64,000 bases of DNA from Octopus bimaculoides (lineage: Eukaryota), in the NCBI RefSeq assembly GCF_001194135.2, contig NC_068983.1, positions 81,304,621-81,368,620 on the forward strand, written 5' to 3'. Position 1 is the first letter of the stretch; every line of letters starts with the position of its first letter. The position numbers and the translations under genes are program-made. Under the pieces are notes generated by a model. It did not search any database. It saw only the letters and a program-made list of their open reading frames with translations, and had not been told where the DNA came from. This document shows, one piece after another, positions 39,331 through 53,497 of the stretch.

Positions 39331-41529
39331 TGTTAGTGATAGATGGTTGTGCTGTACTTCACACACACACACACACACACACACACATCTGAAGCACCTC
39401 TTGGTATTTAAGCTAGAACATGAAATTTTAGAAAATCAAAACCCTATAACTCCATAAGGGTACATATAACACACATGTACCTTCTTTCAAGCAGTTGCTC
39501 AAATGAACGAAATATTTGTATTAAAATCAGATCATTTTCATTTACTTTAGTATGTTAAGAATACATTGCATGACTTGCATTCATGGATGCATACATACAT
39601 GCATACATACATACATGCATACATACATACATACATACATACACACATACTTACATACATACATTAAAGAGAAAGAAGAGAAGGATGGAAGAAATTAAAG
39701 AGGAAGAAATTAAAGATGAAGCTCTCCCTTGTCTCCAAAAATACTATTTGAGCAAATTATAAAAAAAACAAAGCACAATGAAAAATAAAACCAATGCAAA
39801 ATAATATATCCATTAAAACTAAATATAGATCTTCCTCACTCTAAACCTTAGAGTTTTGATGAAGCCTTTTGAATATTTTTGATGATAAGGTTGTTATAAT
39901 TGCCCTTTGGGCAGGTGATAAGCAAATCTTGAAGTTTGGCCCAGAGCAGAAAATATATGATAATTTATGTATAATTAATAGGGCTGCTGCATGATCAAAA
40001 GATTTGAGAAAATAGTTGTAGCAGCCAGGGGTACTTAACCACAACCAAAATACTTCAATAGTGAGACTGATAGAATAATTCTCAAAAAGCAATAAAAAGG
40101 TCATTGATTAAACTTTTCTGTTCTTGGCAGAATGTGACAAAGGATTTTATATAAAATCTGCTTGGTTCTCCACTCTTTCAACTTCCAGTAATAAAACAGC
40201 ATGGAATAACCTTACAATCTTATGCTTTGCAGAGACCATTTCATTTCATGTTTAAAAATTGTGTTTCTTTTGACTTCAATTAGGTAAGACTAGGTCAAGT
40301 AAGTACATCTGAGGAATGGTTTGGAAAATTCAAAAATATATTTTTTTATTGCAAAGAGAAAAGGTCAATATCCATTAGGATCCTTCTGAACTAGAGAAAT
40401 GAGATAGTTAGATAAATGTTTGCTTTTGTGTATTGTCGAGTAATATTAGATAGCAAAATATAAATTAAATGAATGTTAGATAGCTAATGTAAAATAGCAG
40501 TGGAAATCCAAAGGGATTTTGTTTACAGAAATATTTTATTGGAATTAGTCAAAGAAAGGAATTTTAATAAAACAAGCTTTCAATGCCTTGTATTTCATTA
40601 TGACCATTTTATTTTAAGCAGATTTGTTAACATATGAAATCAGACTACATGAAATTGTGTAAAATATGTGACTTTGTATTGCAGTGAAGCATTTTCACTG
40701 AAAGCTAAGCGGGTGTGCAATAGAAAGAGAAAGAGTTCAAATTTAAGTACTTGAGAAAAAAAAAAAATTACTAGGACTCAAAAATTACAGTTTACACTAG
40801 ACAGATGACAATGTCAGTATGGCAGAAAATTGCAAGAGCAATATACTGTGGTCTACCATTAACTAATAAATAATACCTGTTTATATATATATATATATNN
40901 NNNNNNNNNNNNNNNNNNNNNNNNNNNNNNNNNNNNNNNNNNNNNNNNNNNNNNNNNNNNNNNNNNNNNNNNNNNNNNNNNNNNNNNNNNNNNNNNNNNN
41001 NNNNNNNNNNNNNNNNNNNNNNNNNNNNNNNNNNNNNNNNNNNNNNNNNNNNNNNNNNNNNNNNNNNNNNNNNNNNNNNNNNNNNNNNNNNNNNNNNNNN
41101 NNNNNNNNNNNNNNNNNNNNNNNNNNNNNNNNNNNNNNNNNNNNNNNNNNNNNNNNNNNNNNNNNNNNNNNNNNNNNNNNNNNNNNNNNNNNNNNNNNNN
41201 NNNNNNNNNNNNNNNNNNNNNNNNNNNNNNNNNNNNNNNNNNNNNNNNNNNNNNNNNNNNNNNNNNNNNNNNNNNNNNNNNNNNNNNNNNNNNNNNNNNN
41301 NNNNNNNNNNNNNNNNNNNNNNNNNNNNNNNNNNNNNNNNNNNNNNNNNNNNNNNNNNNNNNNNNNNNNNNNNNNNNNNNNNNNNNNNNNNNNNNNNNNN
41401 NNNNNNNNNNNNNNNNNNNNNNNNNNNNNNNNNNNNNNNNNNNNNNNNNNNNNNNNNNNNNNNNNNNNNNNNNNNNNNNNNNNNNNNNNNNNNNNNNNNN
41501 NNNNNTGTGTGTGTGTGTGTGAGTGTGAA

Positions 41530-41560
<31 letters not shown>

Positions 41561-42799
41561 ATATCTTTATTAATTTAATAACTTATATGAAATGACAAGA
41601 ACATTTCAGCATTCCATTTTAATTTTTCTTTCTTAGTTTTGACTTAGTTGAAAACTTTGCAGAACTGACATATTTAAGAAATCAAAAAGAGTTTAAACTA
41701 TTTGTAAAATTAATTCAATATGTTTCTCTAAGTTTATTGGGTTTATTGTTCATCTTCAGAATATTTGCAAAAGCAACCAGTGAAATTCACGCTTCAAAGA
41801 AGACGTTTCTGAAAACCTTTTAAGTTATGTGACGATTGTTCCAAATAGCCTTTTAGAAGAGATATGTAACTAGTCTACTGTAAAAACTCAGCGTGCTATT
41901 TTTAATCATTTGAAATAATAACAAGAACAACAATGATAATGATGAAAATAACAATGATAATAATTTTGTTACTGTAACACCCACTCCACATATGACAGTT
42001 TATTTTTGCCAGGTCTTTTGTTTTACTTTAGCAAAATATTTCTTCTTTCATCAGTCTGATTTAATGCACAAAATGCTTTTAGAATTAAAAAGTAAACAAA
42101 TGAAAAGAAATTAAAAAAAAAAAAGAAACATTAACTCTGTGGTAGAATATGCAATGAATGATAAAAATCATTTATGCTTAGGTCATGCTGAAAGTCTGGT
42201 GCAAATTGTTAACTCCCAAGTTCCAATGGAAACAATGTACCAAGTTGTTATAACTGGCAGACAATTACAGGAGCAATGTGCAATGTTCTACCAACAACTA
42301 CTAATTTCTTTCTTTTTGTGTATTTTTTCTTTCCTTTTATAAACATTTTCTTTTATGCAGATCAAAGAAAATCAGTCTATAATTTTAAAGGGTTATCTTT
42401 CTTAGAAGTCAGGGGATATTGGTGAAATATTTTCATAATATTTTCTGTATTTTTTTTTAATATAAAATACTAAGATTCCAGTACATGGAATATATATAAT
42501 TATATAGTTACGGAACAAAGTGATTTTGTAAAAGAACAACAACTACAAAAGCACCTGTAGCAATATTCAGAGGTTGTGTAATTGTTGTAGATGTATTATA
42601 ATTATGTCAAATGCAGACATTAACATATCATTATATAATTTAAAAATACTAAAGGTATCACTTTAGTCTGACCAGAATTGAAGAAGTAGTAAGAAAATCT
42701 ACTTTAGTGTAATTCTTGCCTACCTCTTCAGAGTGAAGAGAGGTGGAGAAACCGGAGAGCTATTAGTATAATATATCAGTGTAAGAATAGAATTTGTTA

Positions 42800-43500
42800 C
42801 AAGCTGAAGCCTGTAGTTCATACACCAACATAGAAATTAACCTCTTTAATTTTGTTAATTAACCAAAGGAATAGCGGGAGTAGTAAACTAATGGCCTTTT
42901 TTTTGTGCCTTCTCAGAATAGTGAAATTGTTACAATTGTATTTCAGTTTGAAGTTCTGTTGGCTGAAGTTTATATGAAAACTATAATCAAAAACGGATTC
43001 CTGAAGTAGGTAGTTTTGAGGAGAAATGACTGAGAAAAATGTTTAGAGTATGATGTACGAAGTGGATTATGACACAATAAGGTTGATGAAAGGATGTGCT
43101 TGGGTGGAGATGATATGCAGTTTGCTAGTTCAGATGAACAAAGGTTGCTGCAGTTTGTGGTCAGTGGTTATAGTGTGTGGTGAGTGAGTCTTTGCCATCA
43201 GTGGAATGGATTTCTTTTGCCTGTGATATATAATGTTGATATGTGCAGCAGAGGAATTGTCCCTGACATGAGTTGCTCTTGTCTTTTATAGAGAATCATT
43301 CATGAGAGATCATTATTGATCTCTTGTAAATAAAAAGTTATCAAAAATTATTCTTAATGGCTTTGTTCATTAGTAGGAAATTGTTTGTGCTTTTGTATGT
43401 TAAAATTGTGTTTTTGTGTTGTGTGATGAGGCTAGATTCTGCTCTCCTCATTGAGAATGGTTTTAAGTTTTCTGTCCATGAAAGTAGAGCTTATCTTGTA
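42800..43500 (-). pseudogene. possible decayed Penelope-like (GIY-YIG) remnant
   Basis: Minus frames read IKDKSNSCQGQFLCCTYQHYISQAKEIHS and YNCNNFTILRRHK, loosely like PLE endonuclease motifs; many stops and frameshifts. Confidence 0.3.
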
Positions 43501-44282
43501 AAAGATGTCTTAGTTGTTTGTGGACGAAGAGTAGTATAATCTATATACATAGCATGTAGTAATAGAATACCAATGTCTTCACTAAGAAACAAAATATTTA
43601 CTGCAATTTATTTCATTTATCTATGATAAGCAACCAAATTACTGAGATTAGTTTTCTAAAATATAAACAGTAGTGAATTGAGGACAATTACAGTTGTTAA
43701 CATTTAGAAAAAAAAAAACAACAACTTTGGTTTCAGTTTCTCCAAGTGTATCAAACCCACAAAATGATGTTATATTTTTGAATGTTGATTTTTATATAAC
43801 TGATGTGAACAGGTTAAATTTCAAACAAAGTCTTAAAAATTAATGATGAAAGCTTTTCTATTGCTAGTTTTAGTAATGTTTCAACCTAAATGATTTATGC
43901 TGAAATACACATTTCTTTGTTTCTGAAATGGGTGGGTCAGTTCAATTAGTATTTAACATTTAAAACTATCAACACCACTTTTCTATAGTAGATCGCTAAA
44001 GGAGAAACAAAGCTGGAATCACTGATAAAATATCTAGAAATAACTTGAAATTTAAGATGAAATTTTTATGCTCTATTTTATCTTTGTATTTCATTTTCTT
44101 TCTTCTTAGGCTATAAAAATTTTATAAGATCTGAGTATCAATTTGACAATGTTAAGGTCAAATCAACAAACATTTGGAGTTCTATTGATTAACAGAAGAA
44201 ACTGGAAGGAATGACAAATGAGCAGTACAATAAAAATCTTTTTAAAAGAATAACCTAAAAAAGAACAATAGTGTATGTGCAT

Positions 44283-44335
<53 letters not shown>

Positions 44336-46304
44336 AAATATCACAGAATAATTTTTCTTTTAAATTGAATCATTATTATTTTCCTTGTTAAAAAAAAATC
44401 TCCTCAATCAATTTTCTACTCAAAAATTTGACCATTTCTCAATAAAATATACATTGCTATAGTCACATGACAAATTCATGAAACTAAGTTTCGTTCCTAA
44501 TTTTTGTAACAAGCTGAAGGTTTAAAACCTTACAAGATCTCTAGCTATTTACTGCTATAAATATTGTATCTAACCCAAATAACTATATAAAGAATCTTAT
44601 TCTTTAAATCTGTTGAGATTTGTTTCTATTTTAAAACTTGTACACAAATGGCAATCTACTAAAAGTGTATACAATTATCAAGAAATATATTCCAGCTCTA
44701 CCTTACAAACACATACACACTCAAACACATGTTTATGTTCATATATATTCATACATATATTCAATTCTCACCATCTTATACATACTCATTTGTGTATGTA
44801 TCGATACATACACATACACACAAAAGCATATGTGCATGTGCATATTTACACACACATCTTTCATATACAGATATTGTGGATATGAAACATTTGAATTGTT
44901 AGATTTTCTGACATTTTCATTTGAAGTAAAGTATTTTAAACAATAGTATCTTCAATGTGAAATTGGAAATTCTTTCTAAACAATCTCCCTCTGGTGTCTC
45001 ATTTAAGAATTAATTCAAGATGAGATAATTAGATTGTATATTTTACTTATTAATGCTGAGATTTTTAGAGAAACCAAACATGATGGCAATGAATTCTTTA
45101 ATAAACATTACAGAAAGACAAACATGTAAATCAATTGAGGAAAGGTGAAAAAAAAAAAAGGAAAGAAAAATAAGCATACCAGAGTTACTGAATTCTAAAA
45201 GATGGAAATAATAATTAAAACAAAACCATGATGAAGAAAATATTTATGATTATAATACATATTAAAGAATTAATTCTCTTGGGTTATTCATTTGTCAACT
45301 GAAATCAATAATCACTTTATTAATATATCCAGAGCAGCAAAGTTAACTTTAATTACCTTTAATTAACACAACAGGTCACTCATATAATCCACAAGAAATA
45401 TTTCTTTATTGTCCTTAACTAATAAAACATATCAATCACTAATAGTTTGCAAAGTAAATGTCAAAACAGAAAACAAAAAACAACCAAATACATTAAGAAT
45501 GATTGTTTATTCTTTTCCGTTTACATTTGTTATTTAAATGCAATAATTTAATAACGCATTTTAAGCCTTTTCTTTTTCTTTTTTCTTTTTGTATATAATT
45601 CCTTGCTACAAATCCTCTTTCACTTGATTGCCCCATATTATTATTGTTATTACTGCTACCACTAATTCATTACAACTGTCACTACTGTTATTATTACTAT
45701 TATTTCTACTTACATTAATGCAGTTTTGAAGAGAAAAGGGTTTAGCCCTTGATTTGATTTCATTTCTTATTTGAAGACTATTTTTTGTTGATATTTCTTT
45801 GAGAAAGGAATGAATGCTATACAATTTCAAAAAAAAAAAAAATGGTGGTGATAGAATAAATAGGAATATGCATAAAATTTGGTACTTTGTTTCAAATTTT
45901 TTTTTAATCAACCTTAAGTATTTTCATTCTTCGAATTAAAGAGTAAAACCGAGGACCTGACAATGCTAACAGAGGGCAGAGACTCCTGGTACAGCAAAAT
46001 ACACCCCACTTTTCTTGACAAGAAGGAGGAGAAGAAAGAGAAAAAGAAGAGATATTATCAGAAGCTGAGGTGTATTTAGCTCATAATTTTAGTTCTCCTT
46101 CCAAAGTATAAAAGAGATGTTTTTAAAAAACCACTTTCAGCCTATATGAGAAATCAACTTATTAATTTTTAAATGATGTAACTGAAGATTACTAGTAAAC
46201 TTTAGAGTAATTGCTTGCAGATGAAATCTAAGCAAGTTAAGAAAGAACCAATTGGGATTTCTTCATGTACTACTTTATATTATTGTTTATATTTTTGTTT
46301 TTTT

Positions 46305-46651
46305 GCTGTGTGGTTAGAAGCTTGCTTCTCAATCACATGGTTCCGGGTTCAGTCCCACTGCATGGCATCTTGGGCAAATGTCTTCTATAGCCTTGGGCTA
46401 TAGCCTTGTGAGTTAATTTGGTAGATGGAAACTGAAAAAATCCCATCATATATATATATATATATGCTTGCGTGTCTGTGTTTGTCCCCCCACCATCACT
46501 TGACAACTGATGTTGGTGTGTTTACGTCCCTGTAACTTAGTGGTTTGGCAAAATAAACCGATAGAATAAGTACTAGGCTTACAAAGAATAAGTCCTGGGG
46601 TTGATTTGTTTGACTAAAAGTGGTGCTCCAGCATGGCTGCAGTTAAATGAC
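46305..46651 (+). mobile_element. SINE family A, near full length
   Basis: gctgtgtggttagaagcttgcttctcaatcacatggttccgggttcagtccc ... ccagcatggctgcagttaaatgactg. Confidence 0.9.
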
Positions 46652-46714
46652 TGCAGGTTCATAAGAATTAACAGAATTATAATGATAGAATCTTAGAATG
46701 GATAATCTGTTATC

Positions 46715-46910
46715 TCTTACTTGTTTCAGTCATTAGACTGTGACCATGCTGAGGCAGTGACTTGTAGGGTTTTAGTTGAACAACTCAACTCCAGTACTTG
46801 TCTTTTTTAAAGGCTGGCACTTATTCTGCCAGTCTCTCTTTGCTGAACTGCTAAATTATGAAGACATAAACAAACCAACACCAATTGTGAAATAGTGGTG
46901 GGAGACAGGC
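46715..46910 (-). mobile_element. SINE family A, 3' half, inverted relative to 46305-46651
   Basis: tcttacttgtttcagtcattagactgtgaccatgctg...acttattct...ataaacaaaccaacacc. Confidence 0.8.
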
Positions 46911-47413
46911 CGGAGAGAAGTTTAATGAAACTTTAAATTATCATAGGCCAGAACCGGATCATATGCTCTCAATAACCTGTGGCATAAATGAAAGTAATCT
47001 GTACAATATACTTATACGTGCATAATAAATGGTAATTACAATTTCATTAAAAAGCCCGAAATGTTGAAGGTTAATGTGAGGTAGGAACTATGATGTTGGG
47101 TATAAAAATAAAAGGTTGCATCATGTTCAGTGACCTATTAACCTAATTAATTCTTCTAATTATAATTAAATTTTTAACTTGTGTATTTTCCAAATTCTTA
47201 TTGAATTACTAAGTTTGAGGAGAGAGGCAGGAGAAGGAACAGTGTCCACCATCTTCAAAGGTCAGAAAGTAAGATCAATGCAGTTAATATGAAGGTGTGA
47301 TTGATGCAATCGATTGTCTTCCAGAGCAATATTTCCATACACTTCTTGGCTAGACTTCAACTTACAATGTCTTATTTCTATCTCCTGGATTATTGGCTTC
47401 TATCTTCTCTACA

Positions 47414-47724
47414 GTGGAAACATTTGGCCTAGTGGTTAGACCAGTGGACTTATGGTCAAGGGATTGTGGGTTTGAATCTCAGACTAGGTGATGTGTGTGT
47501 TTATGAGCAAAGCACCTAAGCTCCATGTGGCTCCAGCAGAAGGGAATGGCAAATTTCTGCTGACCCTTTCGCCACGACTTTCTCCCACTCTTTCCTCCTG
47601 CATCTAGCAGCTCACCTGTGACGGACAGGCGTCCCGTCTAGGTGGGGAACCTATATACCAATGAAACCGGGAAACTGGCCCTTACGAGCCAGGCATGGCC
47701 CAAGAAGGAACAAACAACAACAAC
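47414..47724 (+). mobile_element. SINE family B variant (different 3' module) with 12-bp TSD
   Basis: Head and body like 17788, with tail ...ggcccaagaaggaacaaacaacaacaac. TSD ATCTTCTCTACA at 47402-47413 and 47725-47736. Confidence 0.85.
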
Positions 47725-49139
47725 ATCTTCTCTACAATACTCTCATAGACCCTGTGTTGTAAAGAATTGTGTTACTAATACAACTCTGTTTAGAATAAGA
47801 GCAGTAATGATTGTAGGAGTATTGTTAGTATATTGTGTAATGGCTTGTCAAAATTTGAGCATTGTTAATGAGGGAGAATATTATAAAATAATGATGCCAA
47901 TAGTTGTTATGAGAGATTAGTAAAATAACAAAGCTAAACTGTTGTTGTTTAGCACAAGTTCAGCTTGACTGAGCAAACCTGTGTTTAAAGTTATACCACC
48001 CCAGGTGTGGCCAAATCTAAGACAACATTACAAAATGTGTTCTTCACAGTTTTAAAACAGTGGAGGTAATTTGAAGGAAATTTGGTTGCTATTTCTTGGA
48101 GGTTGAATAACCATGGAGAAGTTCGTTCATTGGCTCATACAGAGCTCGGTTTATGTTTAGTGTGACTTCTTACAATTAAGAGAGAGACAGACAGAGAGAG
48201 AGAAAGAAAGGTATTGGTGATAAGGGACCATCTAAGCAATGATTATATACAGAAATAGAACCTCTGAGCCCATAGGGTGTAGGTCTCACTACCCAAGTTC
48301 AGCAACACTAGCAAGGAAACTGCACTGGGTAAAGTGAGTGGTAAGAAAATGAAATTAAGTGAAGAGCAATTGATAATATGAGATGGAAAAGCAATCTGGA
48401 TTGAAATGTCAAAACAGTAGACAGAAGATTTCTAATCCTTCATATGGAAATATTTAAATAAATAAAAGAGAGAGAGAGGGTGAGAGAGAGTGATAGCTAT
48501 ATAGAGAGATGGCATGATATATATACATATGTATGTATGTATAGAGGGAGAAACAGAGAGAGACAGTGAAGTGGGGAGATAGAAGACATAATAAAAAAAA
48601 TTCCCTAAGGTGGGATTAAATCATATCAGTAATATTTTAACTCAGGCTGGCACTATGGCAAAGCATTAATGCTCTGAAAGAAGGCACTGTTAAACTGAGC
48701 TAGGCTTCTCAATCTACTTTGTGACATTTTCTGAAGCTCATATCCTAGACTTTCCCCACCCCACCACACTGTAAAAAAAAAAGAGGGGAAAAATTATAAA
48801 AATGAAGGAAATCCAGTCAGCAGTGAAAGCGAAGAGGTTTCACAATTCCCTTCAGATCACATATCACATTAGTAAATGTCCCCTATCGAGAGTAGATACA
48901 AACTGGCTTCATCTTCTGCAGGAATCACTTCATATTTGTTCTTGACTCATCAAGAGGCCAGCTTAGACAAGTACAATATTTCACAAGGTTTTTCTAAAAC
49001 AGTCACTATCTCAAATGATATTGAAGAATCATACACAATATCTTAGTTATATATAATTTATTAATAAGTTGTGAGAATATTTTATATATATATACATATA
49101 TGTATATATATATACACATATATGTATATATATACATAC

Positions 49140-49177
<38 letters not shown>

Positions 49178-49256
49178 GCTACACACACATACAGACACAT
49201 ATAAATAGATATATACTCACACACACATCCATATATGCTATATCTATCTATGTATC

Positions 49257-49323
<67 letters not shown>

Positions 49324-51404
49324 GATTCATTCTCTCATTGATTTTAATATATGAGGAGGCCAACAGCTGCTAGACTACTCAAGCAGATGATTTGTTTCCA
49401 ATGGTGAAGGCTTATGTAAGACCAGCCACACTGGTAGCAGAAAGTCAGTGCAAATGTTTGCTACAAACTCAACGAACAACATACCTCAGGCTTTTCTATT
49501 AGAGTTCTCCTTCTCCTGGGTTAGTTGCCTTCATCATGTCTAAGAATTTAACCAACCCTAAAAGCCTAAATGCACACCTGACATCAAACCAGAAATTTCT
49601 AAGTGTTTGTGATGCATACATATGTACATACATACATATATCATATTACTGAATAGTTGCTGATGCTTCTGAATTCACCTGTCCTTTGACCGGTTTTAGT
49701 TTCCATTCTGCAGGGTGTCCTAAAACCACGTCTCACAAAATTTGCCAACATTACTCCCGACATGCCTATGCACTCTTTCCTGTTTATGTCTTTTACTGTT
49801 AATTCTTCTGCCTTTTTGCATTTCATCCTATGTACTATGAATGCACATTTTATTATTGTTGATATTCTTTACTTGACTTAATGTTGATTTCTGTGCTCTG
49901 TTTCACTCTTTTATTTATGGCAAGTTCTAGTAAATCTGAACACTGTATACAAATTCATTATTATTCTATTTTTATTTGATAATACATCTTATCATTAGCT
50001 GGTCTGTCTGCTATCTTTTGAACCAGCCCATGTTTCTTCATTCATAATCTAGAAAATTATTATATGAGTTTGCCCACTTTTGAAATCAATTGCCACTAGC
50101 ACAATATATTTTTATTCAAGATATACTGTCAGGTTATCTATCTTTACCAACCCATCATCACAAAATACACGAGACCTTTACTGCTTGTATTTTGTTTTCT
50201 CTTTTTATAGTAAAACAACTTAAGATTCATAATGATTTAATTCCATTATAGGAAAATAATATTAAACATAGTATTGGTTGGTTATAATGTAGTCAAGCAA
50301 CTTTAAGTCTTCAACAGACCACTTAGCAGCATTTCTAGTATGGGAGATCTATAATATATGGTAGTATTTCTCAGATGATATTGATAATAGAAATGGTTAT
50401 ATAAAGAGTTTCTTATCAATCAGTATACAACTAGTCACATACAATAGCCATCAACTTAGAAAATATAAATGTGTAACAGATAATAAAAAGTAAAAACAAA
50501 AAAAAGTTGAAGCAAACTAATGCCTCATACTGCTAACAGCTGTTGAAGTTAGCTTACTATTTGGACAAAAAACATAAAAACAAAAAAGGGAGGGTGGAGA
50601 TGAATCAGAATAGACTTACTAATTTCAAAAGAACTGTCTCTACCACAAAGAAAAATAATGCAGAACCAAAATAGACCGCACAATAAATTAAATTTTGGCA
50701 GGGTTGAACTAGAAACACCTACTCCTACTTGAAGAAAGCATACCTCAATTAAATGGGTCACACAATAAATTAACCACAGCTAACCTTGCCGAATTAGAAC
50801 CAGTTTCCTCTCTTAACAGAAGAAGGCAGTCCTTCTTCCAAAATAGGTCATAAGCAGCATGATTCTGCATTTACACAAGCAGGAAGTGCAATTCAAAGAA
50901 ATTCTAATCAGGAGAATTTTGAATTCTTCTGGGGAAACTATAGTATTCTGTCTGGAAAGTAAAATACATTTTGTGTGTATGCATGTGTGCATGTGTATAT
51001 ATGAGAGAGAGAGAAGAGGTAGGGATGAGGTGTTGTGAGTTACAATGAGGGGTAAAATCTGAATTTAACAATGAAACAGGTAGTCTTGACACTTATCAGC
51101 TATAAGAAAGGAAAATAGTGTGTCAACTGTGAAATTGATCAATGGTCTTCAAAATTCTATAGATTTTGTGAACAGAACAAGGAATATGTATGTTTAGTGT
51201 AAGAATATTCAGAAAACTGTATGCATTATGAATGAATTGCTGAAGCCCAATTATCTGGAATAGTTTTGTATGTGTGCATCTGAATGTGTGCATGTATTTG
51301 TGTGAGTAGACACGTTTAGTCATGCCAATCCTGCTATTTTTACCTATTTTTTATAAACTTTACTAAAGGTCAATACCTATTGTCTCACCTTCCTCTTAAG
51401 ATAA

Positions 51405-51555
51405 TAATAGCTTCAAATTTTGTCACAAAGCCAGTAGTTTTCAAGGGGAGGAGGCCAGTTGATTATACCAGCTCCAGTACTTACTTGACTGGTATTTAAT
51501 TTATTGACCCTAAAAGGATGAAAAGCAAAGCTGACCTCAGCAGAATTTAAACTCC
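51405..51555 (-). mobile_element. SINE family C, truncated
   Basis: ttcaaattttgtcacaaagcc...gactggtatttaatttattgaccctaaaaggatgaaaagcaaagctgacctc. Confidence 0.7.
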
Positions 51556-51606
51556 CCTCTTACGATAATAATATGCATGGTTAGAAACAAATAATGTTGT
51601 ATGAAT

Positions 51607-51842
51607 GTGGCCGTTGCCAGTACCACCTGACTGGCCTTCGTGCGGGTGACACGTAAAAGCACCCACTACACTCTCTGAGTGGTTGGCGTTAGGAAGGGCA
51701 TCCAGCTGTAGAAACTCTGCCAAATCAGATTGGAGCCTGGTGTAGCCATCTGGTTTTCACCAGTCCTCAGTCAAATCATCCAACCCATGTTAGCATGGAA
51801 AGCAGACGTTAAACGATGATGATGATGATGATGATGATGATA
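51607..51842 (+). mobile_element. RTE LINE 3' end with (GAT)n tail
   Basis: gtggttggcgttaggaagggcatccagctgtagaaac...aacccatgttagcatggaaagcagacgttaaac(GAT)n; the same family continues into RT coding sequence at 60589. Confidence 0.9.
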
Positions 51843-52407
51843 ATATTGAAATAATGAATGGACATGTATTTTATATCTGATAAATAGATTTCTTTGTGAA
51901 ATTATAACAACTTTTGTCAAACTGACTATAGAAGATCTAATATATAATATAGAATCAATTGAATGTATATGGGATATGTGAGCTTAGAAACTGAGTGAGA
52001 TGAAAACAAAAAAGTGAATGTGAAAACCTGCTGGAAACTGAAGTGAGAACCATAACTAAAGAGAGATTGAATCATACACTAGAGAGAAAGATTAGAATAA
52101 TATGCACACAGGTGAACGATTAACAAGTTTGCTTTGCAACTGTGGGTTTCACTGTGTTCACCTATTTATTTCAATAAATTTGTAGCTTGTTTGATAAAAA
52201 GTCAAATAGTATAAGCAGACAAACGAAATACTGTTTAAATGAACGTGATTAAATGAAATGGGCTGATGACATTCAACCTGATATCAAGATACATTGGTGA
52301 TTAATAGCAAAATAGTTTAATATTTAATTTCATATATTTAATAACACACATTTATACACTCATATATATATATAATAATATTAGGGACAAAATCCAAAAT
52401 TACAGGT

Positions 52408-52481
<74 letters not shown>

Positions 52482-52485
<4 letters not shown>

Positions 52486-52596
52486 TTGGAGCCTGGTGTT
52501 GCCATCCGGTTTCACCAGTCCTCAGTCAAATCGTCCAACCCATGCTAGCATGGAAAGCGGACGTTAAACGATGATGATGATGATGATGATGATGAT
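52482..52596 (+). mobile_element. 5'-truncated RTE 3' end adjoining (TA)n
   Basis: Nearly the same as the last about 115 bp of 51607-51842. Confidence 0.9.
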
Positions 52597-53274
52597 ATAC
52601 ACACACACACACACATACACACATATATAATGCATATACATACACACACACATGTAGGTATGTATATTTACATCAATGTAGGGTAAAGACCAGAACCTTG
52701 CAACAGGAATGCCCTGTGGTATTCATGTCTGACTGAGTTATCTCCTTTCACAGCAACGTCTACATTGGTTTGCAGTTATCTATAAGAGAACAATAAGTAC
52801 CAAACAAAAAACTAGGGTTGATATAAACTAAAAATCCTTGAGGGTGGTGAAGCTCCAGCATGGCCACAATACAATATCTGATACTCGTAAAAGAAAGAGA
52901 TGGTTAGGTAACAGAATGGAAGAGTAGGATGGAAGTATATATCTCCCAAAAGGCTGTATCAGCAATAAGTTGGTTTCTTTTTCAGCCAGGTAGCCTGGGG
53001 CACAGTGAAGTGTACCTGTTATCATTGCTCCCTTGCCATTTTTTTTAAAGTGGTTGGCATCTGAAGGGTATCTAACCAAATGACATGTACAGGTATTTAG
53101 TCTTCAGAGCAATAACTGCTAGTGGGAGTTAGCTGGGATTGTGAAAACTATGCCAGCATGGGAAGAGGATGCAAAAACGACTATATATATATAACTAATG
53201 CAATAAAAAAAATTACTATTTGTAAATCTCATAACGAAAGATGTTCAGCAACAGTACTTTGGAGTAAAGATTAT

Positions 53275-53497
53275 TTGCCAACATAACATGACAGTCATGG
53301 TTTAGGACGAATGTTGCTGTAATTTAGCCTCAGGAGACATCGTCTCCACCGGGTATACAACACGATATGTGTCCTTATTCCCTTGTTCGAAAATATAAGG
53401 ACACAGATCATGTCATATAACTAGCTGGAGACGATGTCTCCTGGGGCTAAATTACAGCAACATTCATCCTGAATTATGACTGTCATTATCATGGCAA
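53275..53497. mobile_element. fold-back (palindromic) element, probable MITE
   Basis: 53309-53348 versus 53426-53465 is a 40-bp inverted repeat with one mismatch. An inner TGTGTCCTTAT/ATAAGGACACA stem and diverged outer arms extend it. Confidence 0.85.
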
